This document shows, piece by piece, positions 12,088-28,239 of a stretch of 64,000 bases of DNA. A program made the position numbers and the translations under genes. A model generated the notes under the pieces. It did no database searches, was not told the DNA's origin, and saw only the letters and a program-made list of their open reading frames with translations. Position 1 is the first letter of the stretch. Every line of letters begins with the position of its first letter. The stretch lies in the NCBI GenBank assembly GCA_964016885.1, contig OZ024740.1, forward strand, positions 237,894,001 through 237,958,000, written 5' to 3'. The DNA comes from Eledone cirrhosa (taxonomy: Eukaryota).

Positions 12088-13945
12088 GCAGGGGTTGTCT
12101 CCCTTGTTGTGACACTCACATCACCAATAGATTAACGCTCTCTAGATAGGAAGTAGAACCCTTTCTGTAACTTCCGTTCCAACCCTATAAAGGGAATAAC
12201 TTTAAGCTCCCTATCTCTCATTTGCCCTTTCGGCCAGGCGCGTTCGCCTGGCAACCAAACGGTAAACTAATAACTTTGTTCATTCTCTCATCTATTCATT
12301 GACATGTCAACTATACTGTTCTATATATCCACAAATTGTTAATTAAATATTATACACATAAACCACGTCTCTTGTTATACCTATACAACCCAGTAAAAAT
12401 AAAAAAATAGCAGAATCTGGTGTTGTGTGAGTAACATTACGAATACGCAGCAAATTTTATTGAAAAACTATGAAAATACGCAGACACAGAAACGAACACT
12501 TTAAAAACAAACAAAAAAAAAAGAAATTTGATTTTTTTTTTAAACATTGCAACATGAACATTTATTTTCGATGAATCTCAACTATTGCTTTTTTTCATCG
12601 TTTTCTTCATCGTTCAAGTTTTTTTCATCGTTCACAAAAAAAAAAAAATTGGACTCGCCATATTTGTTATACTAAGTGAAGCCTTTCTTTCTTTTTCATC
12701 ATTGTCACTTTCACACACACATTTTTGCAAAATGGCTGCCAACGACCTGTTGCACTATAATTTTCGCGCCATTTTCTCGCGCAATAGAATTTTTTTTTTT
12801 CAACTTAACCTTGTTTTGGCACGTGTAGGCAGCAGAATTCTCGACTCACGGAGATAACCACACGTCAGAGATAACGTTTCTCGCCAAGGATTCTCCAGCC
12901 TTAAGCTATATTCTCCTATTTGCCGGTTTAAAAATTTACCACGTAAATTTGCCGTTGGAAACTGCGCATTTATTCAGAATGCTTATTTCTTTGGTCGCTG
13001 GCCTCTTGATCCTTCCAGGTGAACGCATTCTCAACATCGACCATCAACTTCCGCTGTTATTTCTAGCACTTTTCACAGCTCATTTTTTCTAAAAAAAATT
13101 TTTTACTGTGAATTTAAACATCGAATACGCTCACTCCGCGAGACAACAACATGAACAGCAACACGGCTTCATCAACAACCAAAACCAACAGAACAAGCCA
13201 GAGAATTTATTTTTGCAGCACTCTTCCTGTGAGAAAATCCATTCGGAGGTTGGAAATTTCACGTTATACCACAGAACAGAAACCACCTGCATTCATTCTC
13301 TGGAACATACTTTCTTTCCTGCTGTCATGTGATTGCACACCTGTGAACTGTATTTTGAACATTTGAACTTTGAGCTCTTCTCTTACTTTGATTACATTGT
13401 ATCTTTGGATAGATGTCCAGTCGTTCTCTGGCCAAGAGCGGTTGGCTACCTTGATATCTATCATTGATTTTTGCATGCATATATTTTGCTGTTTTCCTAT
13501 TATTGCAAACATTATTTTTTTCGTAATTTTCATGCCCGTTACATTCTCGCCAACTTACTACATGCATATTTCATTCGATTTTTATATTTTTAAAATCTGG
13601 CGGGAGATAATGTAGCATGAGTTGCCTCCCTTGTTGTGACACTCACATCACCAATAGATTAACGCTCTCTAGATAGGAAGTAGAACCCTTTCTGTAACTT
13701 CCGTTCCAACCCTATAAAGGGAATAACTTTAAGCTCCCTATCTCTCATTTGCCCTTTCGGCTCCTGACCTTCGGCCAGGCGCGTTCCTGTGTCCTCCAGA
13801 CGGAAACTAGTAACTTTCCTTCATTCTCTCATCTATTCATTGACATGTCAACTATACTGTTCTATATATCCACAAATTGTTAATTAAATATTATACACAC
13901 AAACCACGTCTCTTGTTATACTTATACAACCCAGTAAAATGCTAT
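12084..13945 (+). mobile_element. Non-autonomous LTR retrotransposon (two ~320 bp LTRs, non-coding interior) in (TA)n
   Basis: Direct repeats 12084-~12397 and 13611-13945 both start TGTAGCA. The 3' copy ends TGCTATA (inverted terminus, CA>TA). Purine-rich GGCGGGAGATAA (PPT-like) lies just before the 3' LTR; TATAAA box inside the LTR; no gag/pol. Confidence 0.75.
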
Positions 13946-14006
13946 ATATATACACATACAAATATATATACATATATATATACATATATATACATACATA
14001 TATATC

Positions 14007-14245
14007 TATCTAAGGCGGGTAAAATTCCCGAGATCCATGGACGAGTTCTCTCCAGCGGTCTCTGTCCCTCATTATCGCTGCCATGTCCTGCGTCTCCAAC
14101 AGACCAGTGTCTGTCCTTAGGGCATCAACATACGTTAACCTTGGTCTTCCTCTTCTAGTGTGTCCATGTAGGGGCTCCCACAGGAGCACTGACTGCAATG
14201 TCAACTCTGGATGTCGGTGAGCATGTCCAGCTAACCTCAGTCTCC
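14007..14245 (-). mobile_element. 3' fragment of a different RTE-type LINE
   Basis: [38 protein letters not shown] is the typical RTE ORF C-terminus. Confidence 0.75.
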
Positions 14246-14246
14246 T

Positions 14247-17860
<3,614 letters not shown>

Positions 17861-18112
17861 TGGGCATAAAAAAAGATTTAAAAAAAAAAAAATAAAAAAC
17901 TCACTTATTGACACGCAGACACAGACACACACCAACACTCATGCATACAAACTACAAATACACGCAACTCACACACCAACACTCATGCATACAAACACAC
18001 ACACCACTCACACACACATACATATATATATATATTACCGTCAGTACTGATACAAAATCAAAATCATGTCAACTGTTGACTTTTCCAGTCCAGTTCAGTT
18101 TTTATATAATAA

Positions 18113-18662
18113 CTAGCAGTGGTACCCGGCGTTGCACTAGATAAGGTATTTTGGAACGCGGGCGGCCAACAGACCTGCTGCATGCCTCGATAATATGTAA
18201 AAAAATAAACCGAATACTCTGATGGCTGGATAATCTTTCAAACACAGTTTTTCACCTAATGCGGGCCCTAAGGGATGAAAAAGTTGAATGTAAAGTTTGA
18301 AAAAATCGTTTGGGTACTTCTCGAGTTTTAGGGATTCAAACTAACAAACACATACAGACATCCTCAGGAAAGTGACGTAATGCAGATATCAGACATACAG
18401 ACACATATTATAAGGGCGCGACGTTATATGTATGTATCTATCTAAAAAGAGAAAGACTAAGAATTATAGAGAGAGATCACTAAATCGCCTAATGCCGTCA
18501 CTAGGGCATTGAACATTTTAAATTTTCTTTGTTCAGAACGCTCCCTGAAACATAAGTACTACATGTGTAAAGTTTGAAAACAGTCGGTTGGGTGCTTCTC
18601 GAGTTTTAGGGATTCAAACTCACACACACACAGACAGACATCCTCAGTTTTATATATATAGA
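18113..18662 (-). mobile_element. Non-autonomous Helitron (550 bp)
   Basis: Minus strand starts TC and ends CTAG with a GC-rich subterminal hairpin remnant. Inserted between A and T with no TSD; precise empty site in the right arm at ~53210-53230. Confidence 0.85.
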
Positions 18663-18684
18663 TAATAATAATTGTTTGCTTTAC

Positions 18685-19100
18685 GATGGTGATGGTGGTG
18701 GTGGTGGATGGTGCCAGGATGGTGGTGCTGGTGGTGAATGGTGGTGGTTTTGGATGGTGTCAGTGATGGTGGTGGTGGTGGTGGTGGATGCTGCCAGTGA
18801 TGGTAGTGGTGGTGGATAGTGTCAGTGATGGTGGTGGTAGTGGTAGTGGTGGATGGTGCCAGTGATGGTGGTGGTGGTGGTTGTGGTGGTGGTGAAGGTG
18901 GTGGATGCTGTCAGTATGGTGATGGTGGTGGTGGATAGTGTCAGTGATGGTGGTGGCAGTTGTTGTTGTTGTTGTTGTCGTTGCTGCTGCTGCTGCTGCT
19001 GCTGCCGTTGTTGTTCATTTCACTAACGCTGCTGCTGCAGACAATGGTGCTGTTGCTGTTATTGTTGTTGTTGATGCTGTTGTAGTCGCTGGGTTGAAAT
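18685..19100. repeat. (GGT)n/(GTT)n/(GCT)n compound repeat with a CAGTGATGGTGGTGG higher-order unit
   Basis: Seen directly; mirrored and expanded at 52660-53195. Confidence 0.85.
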
Positions 19101-19747
19101 TTTGAAATTTGTTCGCTTCGTGTGTGTGATATATACACATACATATATATATACATACACATATATATATACATACATACACACACATTCAACACAGACA
19201 ATGGTGTTGTTGATGTCGCTGTTGTTATAGTTGCTGTTGTTGTTGTAGTTGTTGCTGTGTTATATATACATATATACACACACATACATGTATGTATATA
19301 TATACATACATACAACAAAGGAGTTAGCAGTTTGTCAACTGTCAACATGTCAGCCACCTTAGATAGGGTAATGAGTTATGTGGTGGTGATGGTGGGGAGC
19401 GAGTGTAGACGTTATTGTTATTGTGGTGGTGTGGGGGGGGGGGGGGGGGCAGTGACATGTACAAGTTCATTGTTCACTTCTCCCTTTTCTATTTTCCTCT
19501 CTTTTCAAAATTTGAATTTATTGCCTTTTGCAATGGCGGACAAGTAAGCGTAAAATGTAAACTTTTTAAATAGAGATTGCTCTGGAAGAACATATGGAAT
19601 ATTTCTGTAGCTTCCACAGCTTTTGTCAGAACATTTCCGGCTTCCAATGAGCAAAAATGTTTTTGTTGTATTTTGGTCTTTCAGAATACGAAAATTAGTA
19701 AAAACTTGCCCCCACGAAAAACCGTGTGTTGCCCTATCTATCTATGA

Positions 19748-20660
19748 GCTCCCTATATATATATAATATGTAGAAAAGACAACACACGAGAGAGAGAGTG
19801 GTGTTTATCAATGTACAAGGAAAACCACCAGTGTATGGAATCTATGAACTGCGAAAGGTGAGGTAGACGCATAATAATTAAAAATATAAATCAGAATGAA
19901 TTTACCCACCTCTATAACTATATATCACACATGTATAAACCCAAAGAGATTGGTTTCACCAAAAGATTAGTGTTTGGAATGAAACACCCAGGTTCCTCAG
20001 CGTGTGGTAAGTGAATACATTCCAGACAACTGAGAACTTAAGATAACTGCCTTGTAACACGTGCTAGAGTGGGATGAGCTTAGGTGGGATGAGCGGCTAG
20101 AAATCGCAGCCCAAACCCACTCAAATAAGGGAGCCCTAGTAAACAGAGAGAGAGAAGACTGTTATTAGGAGCAATATATCAAAATAAATTAACGGAGTCA
20201 TAAACTCATATTAGTCCCTGGGTTCCGATTTCTAGCCGCTCATCCCACCCAAATGTCTCTTGCACACATTTCTTTCTCTCTAGCACGTGTTACAAGGCAG
20301 TTATCTTAAGTTCTGTTAGAGTTGTCTGGAATGTATTCACTTACCACACGCTGAGGAACCTGGGTGTTTCATTCCAAACACTAATCTTTTGGTGAAACCA
20401 ATCTCTTTGGGTTTATACATGTGTGATATATAGTTAAAGAGGTGGGTAAATTCATTCTGATTTATATTTTTAATTATTATGCGTCTACCTCACCTTTCGT
20501 AGTTCATAGATTCCATACACTGGTGGTTTTCCTTGTACATTGATAAACACTCTCTCTCTCGTGTGTTGTCTTTTCTACATATATTTGAAGTGCCCAGGAT
20601 TCTTTTTCCTTTGAGCTCATAATTTACAGGGACTAACGTGAGTTTATGACTCCGTTATTT

Positions 20661-20665
<5 letters not shown>
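19748..20665. mobile_element. ORF-less fold-back element (~350 bp inverted arms), probable PLE pLTR derivative
   Basis: 19748-~20105 is the reverse complement of ~20230-20582; flanked by (TA)n; mirrored at 51040-51980. Confidence 0.65.
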
Positions 20666-20713
<48 letters not shown>

Positions 20714-20718
<5 letters not shown>

Positions 20719-21160
20719 ATACAGTTTAATACAAATTTCCAGTTGGTTGGTTTAGTAACTGGATCGTTGTTTATTTATTGTCAAAGTTCTTTCATCGCAC
20801 ATTCTGTGACCTCCTCAGTGACTAATTTGTTATTATTTTTCTCTTCTTTGTCCTGTCCTACTCCATCTTACAGAATAAAGGAGAGAGACAAAAATTTAAA
20901 AAATTAGTCACTGAGGAGATCACAGAATGTGTGACAAAAAGAACTTTGACAATAACTAAACAACCATCCAGTTACTAAACCAAACAACTGGACATTTTTA
21001 ATAAACTGAAGTGAAAACCTAGCTGCATGTATTTTTTTATTGGCAGCATGACCCTCCCAAAGTATAACAATATCTGTTTCAGCACACGTAATAAGATAAG
21101 AAATCTTGCAAAACAAATACCGAAACGAAGTATATATATATATGTATGTGTATATATATC

Positions 21161-21229
<69 letters not shown>

Positions 21230-21775
21230 GAGCTAAACAAAATGAGTATATCAAAAAATGAGTTTTACAGTAGATTGGAAGTACTCAACGGTAAAATAAT
21301 TTTCTGGAGTTATTAATATTAGAATATAAATATTAAGAAAATAGATGTTCTTTTGATCAATTACATTTTATTATACATATTTCGGATGTACAACAGTACG
21401 TCCTCATCAGACAAAATATAATGATATATGACATGCCCTGAGATGTTAAATGGTTAAGATTTAATCAAGGTATTGATTAACCTAAGAGAAAATTTAACAT
21501 TTTTCTCTCCTTTGTCCTGTCCTACTCCATCTTACAGAACAAAGGAGAGAGACAAAAATAAAAAATTAGTCAAAGAGGACAAAAGAACTTTGACAATAAC
21601 CAAACAACCATCTAGTTACTAAACCAAAGAACTGGAAATTTTTAATAAACTGAAGTGAAAACCTGGGTGCATGTGTTTTTTTATTGGCAGGATGACCCTC
21701 CCAAAGTATAACAATATCTGTTTCAGCACACGTAATAGGATAAGAAATCTTGCAAAACAAATACCGAAACGAAGT
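20714..21775. mobile_element. Fold-back and tandem fragments of the PLE-C-family pLTR with hammerhead motifs on both strands
   Basis: Similar to 27810-28036. Hammerhead-like motifs at 20779-20823 (-) and 20907-20950 (+, GAAA mutated); partial second copy at 21500-21775; right-arm counterpart at 46385-46805. Confidence 0.75.
21365..21417 (-). ncRNA. Minimal type I hammerhead ribozyme
   Basis: attttgt-CTGATGA-GGACGTAC tgtt GTACATCC-GAAA-TA tg TA-TA-ataaaat. Confidence 0.7.
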
Positions 21776-21787
21776 ATATATATATAT

Positions 21788-21844
<57 letters not shown>

Positions 21845-22269
21845 TATAAATGTTGGTGCAATATCAATTACACACTCATTTATTTATACAGATGCTAGTG
21901 GCCACCCACCCTTCACCCAGGTCTGTACTGTGTTTAAATCTATTCATAAGGCACCTATTGTCATCTGTCATAATGTCCAGTTTCCTTTGAATAAAAGATG
22001 TTAAAAGGTATTTAAATATTGCATAACATAATTTTGAAATTTTATTTAGAATATCTAAATACAGAAAGTAATAAAGAAAAGAATAGAAAAATGTATTCAA
22101 GGAAAATTATAAAAAATATGCAGAACTTCAGTATTTAGAATGATTTTAGTGTCAATAAATGTACAGGTCTGGCTACCTCCAGGGATCATTTGTGAGAGAT
22201 TTTGTTGAGGGCATTTACTGTGATGTTTCTGTGGTCAAGGATTGCTCTTTCACACAAGGATTGCTCTTT

Positions 22270-23680
22270 CCTGGCATTTCTTCCCCCATCCGTCATTGTC
22301 CATGTGCATCACATGTCCATTTAAACACAGTCTTCTCTCCTGCACACCATCTCGGATTCCCTTTAAGCCCAGTTTATCTCTCAGCTTGCCCAAGCTCTAC
22401 CTTTCTCTCACATTTACATTGCACATCCAACGAAACATGATTGCTTCATTTCTCTCCAGTCTACACATGTCCTCTGTGGTCACAGCGAATGTTTCATTAC
22501 CATGTAGCATCACGCACCACATAGCCTTCCTTTTGTACATAGGGAGAAACCTTTTGTTGTCAGCAGTGGAAGTAGTTCTCTGAACTTCTTCTATCCTATC
22601 CTTATTCTAACTATTATACTCTTGGCTCACCCTCCTCCATTTCTAACTAGGTCACCAAGATAGCAGAAGCTATCAACCACGTAAATGAATCCTTCCTGTG
22701 ACTGGAAAAGGATTATATCATTAGCAGTCTTTCTCTCGATTTCTCCTGTGTATCTTCTACAAGCAAAGGCCTCCCTTCCTGTTAGTCTACTGATTATCCC
22801 ACTATATCATTTGTGTACCCAAGATTTACATTGTGTACATTGTATGGAGTTTATGCCTACACCCTTTCTGCATATTTAGCAAGGCCACTTTCTTGAGGGA
22901 ATCTGGGACTTATCTTCTCTCCTACTCACTAGCACTTTAGTTCTCATTAACTTTACTCTTAAACCATTTGATTCCAATTTCAGTTTCCATAATCATAATT
23001 TATTTTCTAGCTCTTTTTTGGTTTCAGCTATAAGGACCAAATCATCTGCATATAGAAGTTCCCATGGGCAACCCATTTTAAACTCTTCTGTTATAGTCTG
23101 AAGAACTATGATCAACAGCATTAGTCTAAGAACTGAACCTTGATGAACTCCTATCTGCACCTTAAATTCCTCACTAAACTCATTTCGTACTCTGACTTTA
23201 TTGACATCTCCTCTATACATAGCTTGCACTGCTCTCACAAGCCATTCTTCTACACCTAATTTCCTTAAGGTCCAGCAGATAGTAGATCAGGGTACTCTGT
23301 CAAAAGCCTTCTCTAGATCAACAAAAGCTAAATATGGTGGTTTATTTTTGGCAAGGAACTTCTCTTGTAGTTGTCTCTCTAAGAAGAGGGCATCTGTAGT
23401 ACTTTTCCCAGGCATGAAACCAAACTGCATCTCATCTATTTTGAATCTTTCCCTAATTAGCTGTGCCATAATTCTTTCTGTCATTTTCATAACTTTGTCC
23501 ATTAGTTTTATTCCTCTATAGTTGCTCCTTTCTAGAGCATCACTTCTGCCCTTTACTGGCTGGATGCCCTTCCGATCACCAACTAGTTTACAGCATGGAT
23601 TGGGCATATTGTTCATGACACCAGCACTAGAGAGGTTGTCTTACCAGACTTAAGAGTCTTCTCCATCCTGTATCAGTTTT
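22270..23680 (-). mobile_element. Internally deleted RTE LINE (5' UTR fused directly to RT)
   Basis: The 5' motif GGAAGGGCATCCAGCC is joined to DALERSNYRGIKL...AFDRVP...LLYADD. Right-arm copy at 44170-45785. Confidence 0.85.
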
Positions 23681-23789
23681 TATTTGGAATGTCTACTCTC
23701 CTAGACTGGTAGCCTTCACTATGGCTCATGGAGCCCACGTCTGCCCAATGTAGTCATTTTTATATCAGAGTCACTGCTCTCCTAGATGG

Positions 23790-24491
23790 GTACCTGAGAC
23801 GAAAAACACAGACCATAGAGGGGATAAATCATCCAAAAAGCCTGGCATGGAATTCCACAAGTTTATGACATTCCACCTGAAGGATATCTCATTGCAATAC
23901 AAGAACAAGAAATCCCTACCAAATATCTGCTACACAAAAGAGGAGGGCCATCAGTTGATAACAAATGTCTGCCTTGTAAAACAAAGATCGAAGATATTAG
24001 CCACATTGTTGCCAACTGCGAAAGAATGTCGTCTCGTTACAACCTCCCTATGAGACGCGATGTGATAGCTAGAACCATCTGGAACACACTTAGGAAAACA
24101 AAATGAGGAGGAATATGTTGAGAAACACGGCACTAAAGAATATTGGTGGAACCTGAAAATAAAAATTGCCACCAAATTAAGATAATTGAGATGTTGTTGT
24201 TTGGAACCAGACAATGTGCTCTGTTGTAGAGATCAGCTGCCCACTTGATGTCAATGTTGTAAGAAAAATAAAAGAGAAGGAAGACATCTATGGAGTTTGC
24301 AGATCCAGTATCCAAGATACACTCTCAGCTTAATATCCATCATTATTGGAGCTACAGGTTATATACCAACCCGCTTGTCTGAACTTGGATTTGTGGACAA
24401 AGAACGCAGGTCCCTAATTCATAGACTACAAATGGTTGCGATAGCTGGCACCTTCAAAATTTGCAAAACATTCTTGCGATTCAAGGAATGA
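23790..24491 (+). mobile_element. 3' fragment of an R4/Dong-like (restriction-like endonuclease) non-LTR retrotransposon
   Basis: EGYLIAIQEQEIPTKY, CLPC...SHIVANC (CCHC), VVEISCPLDVN, IIIGATG motifs across frameshifts. Mirror copy at 43364-44055. Confidence 0.7.
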
Positions 24492-24588
24492 CAATTTCTT
24501 TTCTTTTACAACCTTGCCACCAGGAAGGTGGCCAGTCAAAAATGTACTCGAAATTAAGAGAAAGAGAAACATACATACATTCATACAT

Positions 24589-24643
<55 letters not shown>

Positions 24644-25051
24644 TGGGTTTAAGTTTATCAAATAGAATGGACATAGCTTCGGTCAGTTCCTCGTTTGCTT
24701 AATAATCTAATTAAGTCCGTATTATTAAAATTTGAACCAACCAATTAGTGTGTATACATACACTAATCAGTGAGGAAGACGACTTCATGAGTGTAAGAGA
24801 TTTGAGATACCTGAACCAATGCACCAGTTTCTATGATTCCGATCTACTGATTGTGGTCCGAATGGAACCACCAGTGCAGTAATTAGGTTATGTTAGTATA
24901 CATTATGTAAGTTGGCATGAACTGTGTCATCAGCAGGAGTTACCCTCCCTTGAATGGAAAGTTCTATATGGTGTGGTAGTGTATCACATTGCTGGACACA
25001 AGTGAATGTAGTAGTAGTCCTCAAGTTGTATATATATATGTATATATATAT

Positions 25052-25723
25052 AGGCATAGGTTAAGAATAACGTCCTCGAAAATGAAAGTGAATTTTCTGA
25101 CAAGTGAATGTGTTTGTTTGTTTTTTTTTACAGTGAAATTTACGATACACTCTTTGTTTATTTACAACAGGTCTCTATAGTGATATGGTGTTAATTAGTA
25201 TTGCGTGTGTGATTATTTTCTCTTATATATATATATGTGTGGGTAGGTATATGTGTGTATATATATGTGTGTCTGTATGTATATATATATGTGTTTGTAT
25301 ATATATATGTGTTTGTGTCATCATCATCGTTTAGATGTTTTTACCCAAATCCCTTATCATTCTCTGTCCTTCTTATGACCCGGCCTTAATTTGTTTATAG
25401 TTGGTGCCAACTTTGGCAAGATATTACAAAAACATCTAAACGATGATGATGAGACAAACACATATATATACAAACACATATATATATATACATACAGACA
25501 CACATATATATACAGACATATACACACCCACACATATATATATATAAGAGAAAATAATCACACACGCAATACTAATTAACACCATATCACTATAGAGACC
25601 TGTTGTAAATAAACAAAGAGTGTATCGTAAATTTCACTGTAAAAAAAACAAACAAACACATTCACTTGTCAGAAAATTCACTTTCATTTTCGAGGACGTT
25701 ATTCTTAACCTATGCCTTCTGGA

Positions 25724-25728
<5 letters not shown>
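25052..25728. repeat. ORF-less fold-back element (~290 bp arms, ~90 bp spacer) in (TA)n, left arm only
   Basis: 25052-~25341 is the reverse complement of ~25428-25717; absent at the equivalent right-arm site (42630-42848). Confidence 0.8.
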
Positions 25729-25781
<53 letters not shown>

Positions 25782-26048
25782 AACCAGTAAGACCCCGACG
25801 GCTGAGCTCAAGCCGTTTCGACGGCTAATTCTGGAATATCGTTTCTGAATTTGTTTAGCAAGATTCTTTATCTGAAAACGTGTGTTGAATCCGATATTGT
25901 TATACTTTGGGAGGGTCATGTTGCCAATAAGAAACACACGCACCAGTTGCTTTCACTTCAATTTATTATAAATTTATGAATTTATGAATTTATAAATTTC
26001 CGGTTGGTTGGTTGGTTGGTTCCACAACCAGATGATTGTTTATATATT

Positions 26049-26091
26049 GTCAAAGTTCTTTCGTCACACATTCTGTGACCTCTTCAGTGAC
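26049..26091 (-). ncRNA. Minimal hammerhead ribozyme (inverted pLTR of PLE-C)
   Basis: Reverse complement identical to the motif at 27868-27910. Confidence 0.7.
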
Positions 26092-27867
26092 TGGGGATTC
26101 TTTTCTTTGTTTTTATGCCTCTCCTTTGTTCTGTCCTACGCCATTATGTTTTTGTGTGTGTGTTGTGTTTCCTTAGTTTGCGCATGTGTTACATCCGGGT
26201 GTCTGTGTGTGTTTATATTCGTTTATTTATTTGTTTATTTACATGTTACCGGTTGGTTGTTTGTTCTACGTGTGTGTGTGTTTTCATTTTGTCCTTAATT
26301 GTAAGTTGTGATGTTGCTGTTCCACTCATGTTTTCTATTTAATTTTGGTCGGAGTTCGTTTATGTTTATTGCCTCTGTTCAAATTTAATGGAAAAGCATA
26401 TGCCCAAGAGGAGGGAGCAGCCATTGGTGTTAGCATTGCAGGCGACATAGCTAACCTATTCATGGTATGGTGGGACAGTAGACTTAAAATTAAACTTAAA
26501 GAACAATTAGAAGACCCCTTAACCCTGATAATGTACTCCCGCTACGTTGATGATATAAACATCGTAGTTAAAACACCCCCACTAGAGAACAGTCAGGAAT
26601 TAGAGAAAAACACAATGGAAAGCATCAGCAAATAGCTAACTCCCTCCACCAGAGTATTAGAGTTACTATAGACTACCCAAGCAAACACCCCAACCATCGA
26701 TTACCTGTACTAGACACAGAGCTCTGGTTAGATACCATTAATAACAAAAAACAAATCCTCCATTCCCATTATGCCAAACCCATGACTTCCAAATATCTGA
26801 TCCACCGAAACTCAGCTACTTCGGACCCTACCAAAATCAACATACTGATTGCGGATTTGGTACGGGTGATGAGAAACGTGTCCCGCATGTGCAACAACCG
26901 AAGAACTAGAGAGACACATACAACATTTCATCCACCGTATGCAGTTCTCTGGTTACAATCAGAGAGATAAAATCAGAGTATATAGAGGAGCCAGAACCAA
27001 ATGGAAAAAATGGTAAATAATGACACAAATGGGACCTGCCCCTTATATAGGAGCAAATTTTGGAATAGAATAGAAAGAACTAGGAATAAGGCTAATAGAA
27101 TAAACTCATGGTATGATAGCAATAAATACCAGAGTGTAATGTTCATCGATACAACCCCTAGAGGTGAATTAGCTTACAAATTTAGAAGGGCCCTAGATAA
27201 ACATAAACTCAATATTAAGATAGTAGAAAGACCAGGCACCTCCATAAAAACACTTATTAGCAATACATACCCTTTTCAAAGACCTCCCTGTATAGATAAG
27301 AAATGTATAATCTGTAAATTAAGCCCCCATATTAACTGTAAAACTAGAAATGTAGTATATAGCATAAGATGTACTGAAGGACAATGTAGAGATAAAAATA
27401 TAGTGTACATAGGTGAGACAGCTCGTAGTATAGGGGAACGGATAAATGAACACTGGTGAGACCTTCAAGAATCATCTGTACTCCACCAACATGCTAAAAT
27501 AGAACATAAGGGTAAATTAGAGAACATGGAAATAAAAATAGAATCTACACACAGAAAAGACGCAATGTTTAGACAAATCACAGAGGCAATAAACATAAAC
27601 GAACTCCAACCAAAATTAAATAGAAAACATGAGTGGAACAGCAACAACACAACTTACAATTAAGGACAAAATGAAAACACACACACACATAGAACAAACA
27701 ACCAACCAGTAACATGTAAATAAACAAATAAATAAACGAATATAACATATACACACACAGACACCCGGATGTAACACATGCGCAAACTAAGCACACAACA
27801 CACACAAAAACAAGATGGCGTAGGACAGAACAAAGGAGAGGCACAAACACAAAGAAAAGAATCCCCA

Positions 27868-27910
27868 GTCACTGAAGAGGTCACAGAATGTGTGACGAAA
27901 GAACTTTGAC
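27868..27910 (+). ncRNA. Minimal type I hammerhead ribozyme in the PLE-C pLTR
   Basis: gtca-CTGAAGA-G-GTCACA gaatg TGTGAC-GAAA-G aa C-TT-tgac. Confidence 0.75.
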
Positions 27911-28031
27911 AATATATAAACAATCATCTGGTTGTGGAACCAACCAACGAACCGGAAATTTATAAATTCCTAAATTTATAAATTTATAATAAATTGAAGT
28001 GAAAGCAACTGGTGCGTGTGTTTCTTATTGG

Positions 28032-28105
<74 letters not shown>

Positions 28106-28111
28106 AAGTAT

Positions 28112-28182
<71 letters not shown>

Positions 28183-28239
28183 AAGTATAACAATATATAT
28201 ATATATATATATATATAGATAGATAGATAGATAGATAGA

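Larger units (their letters stand above)
25780..28036 (+). mobile_element. Penelope-like element C, 5'-truncated, with an inverted pLTR at its 5' end; left arm only
   Basis: RT FNGKAYAQEEGAAIG...YSRYVDD and GIY-YIG NVVYSIRC...VYIGETARSIGERINEH. 25919-26378 is an inverted copy of 27580-28036; (TA)n on both sides. Confidence 0.9.
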
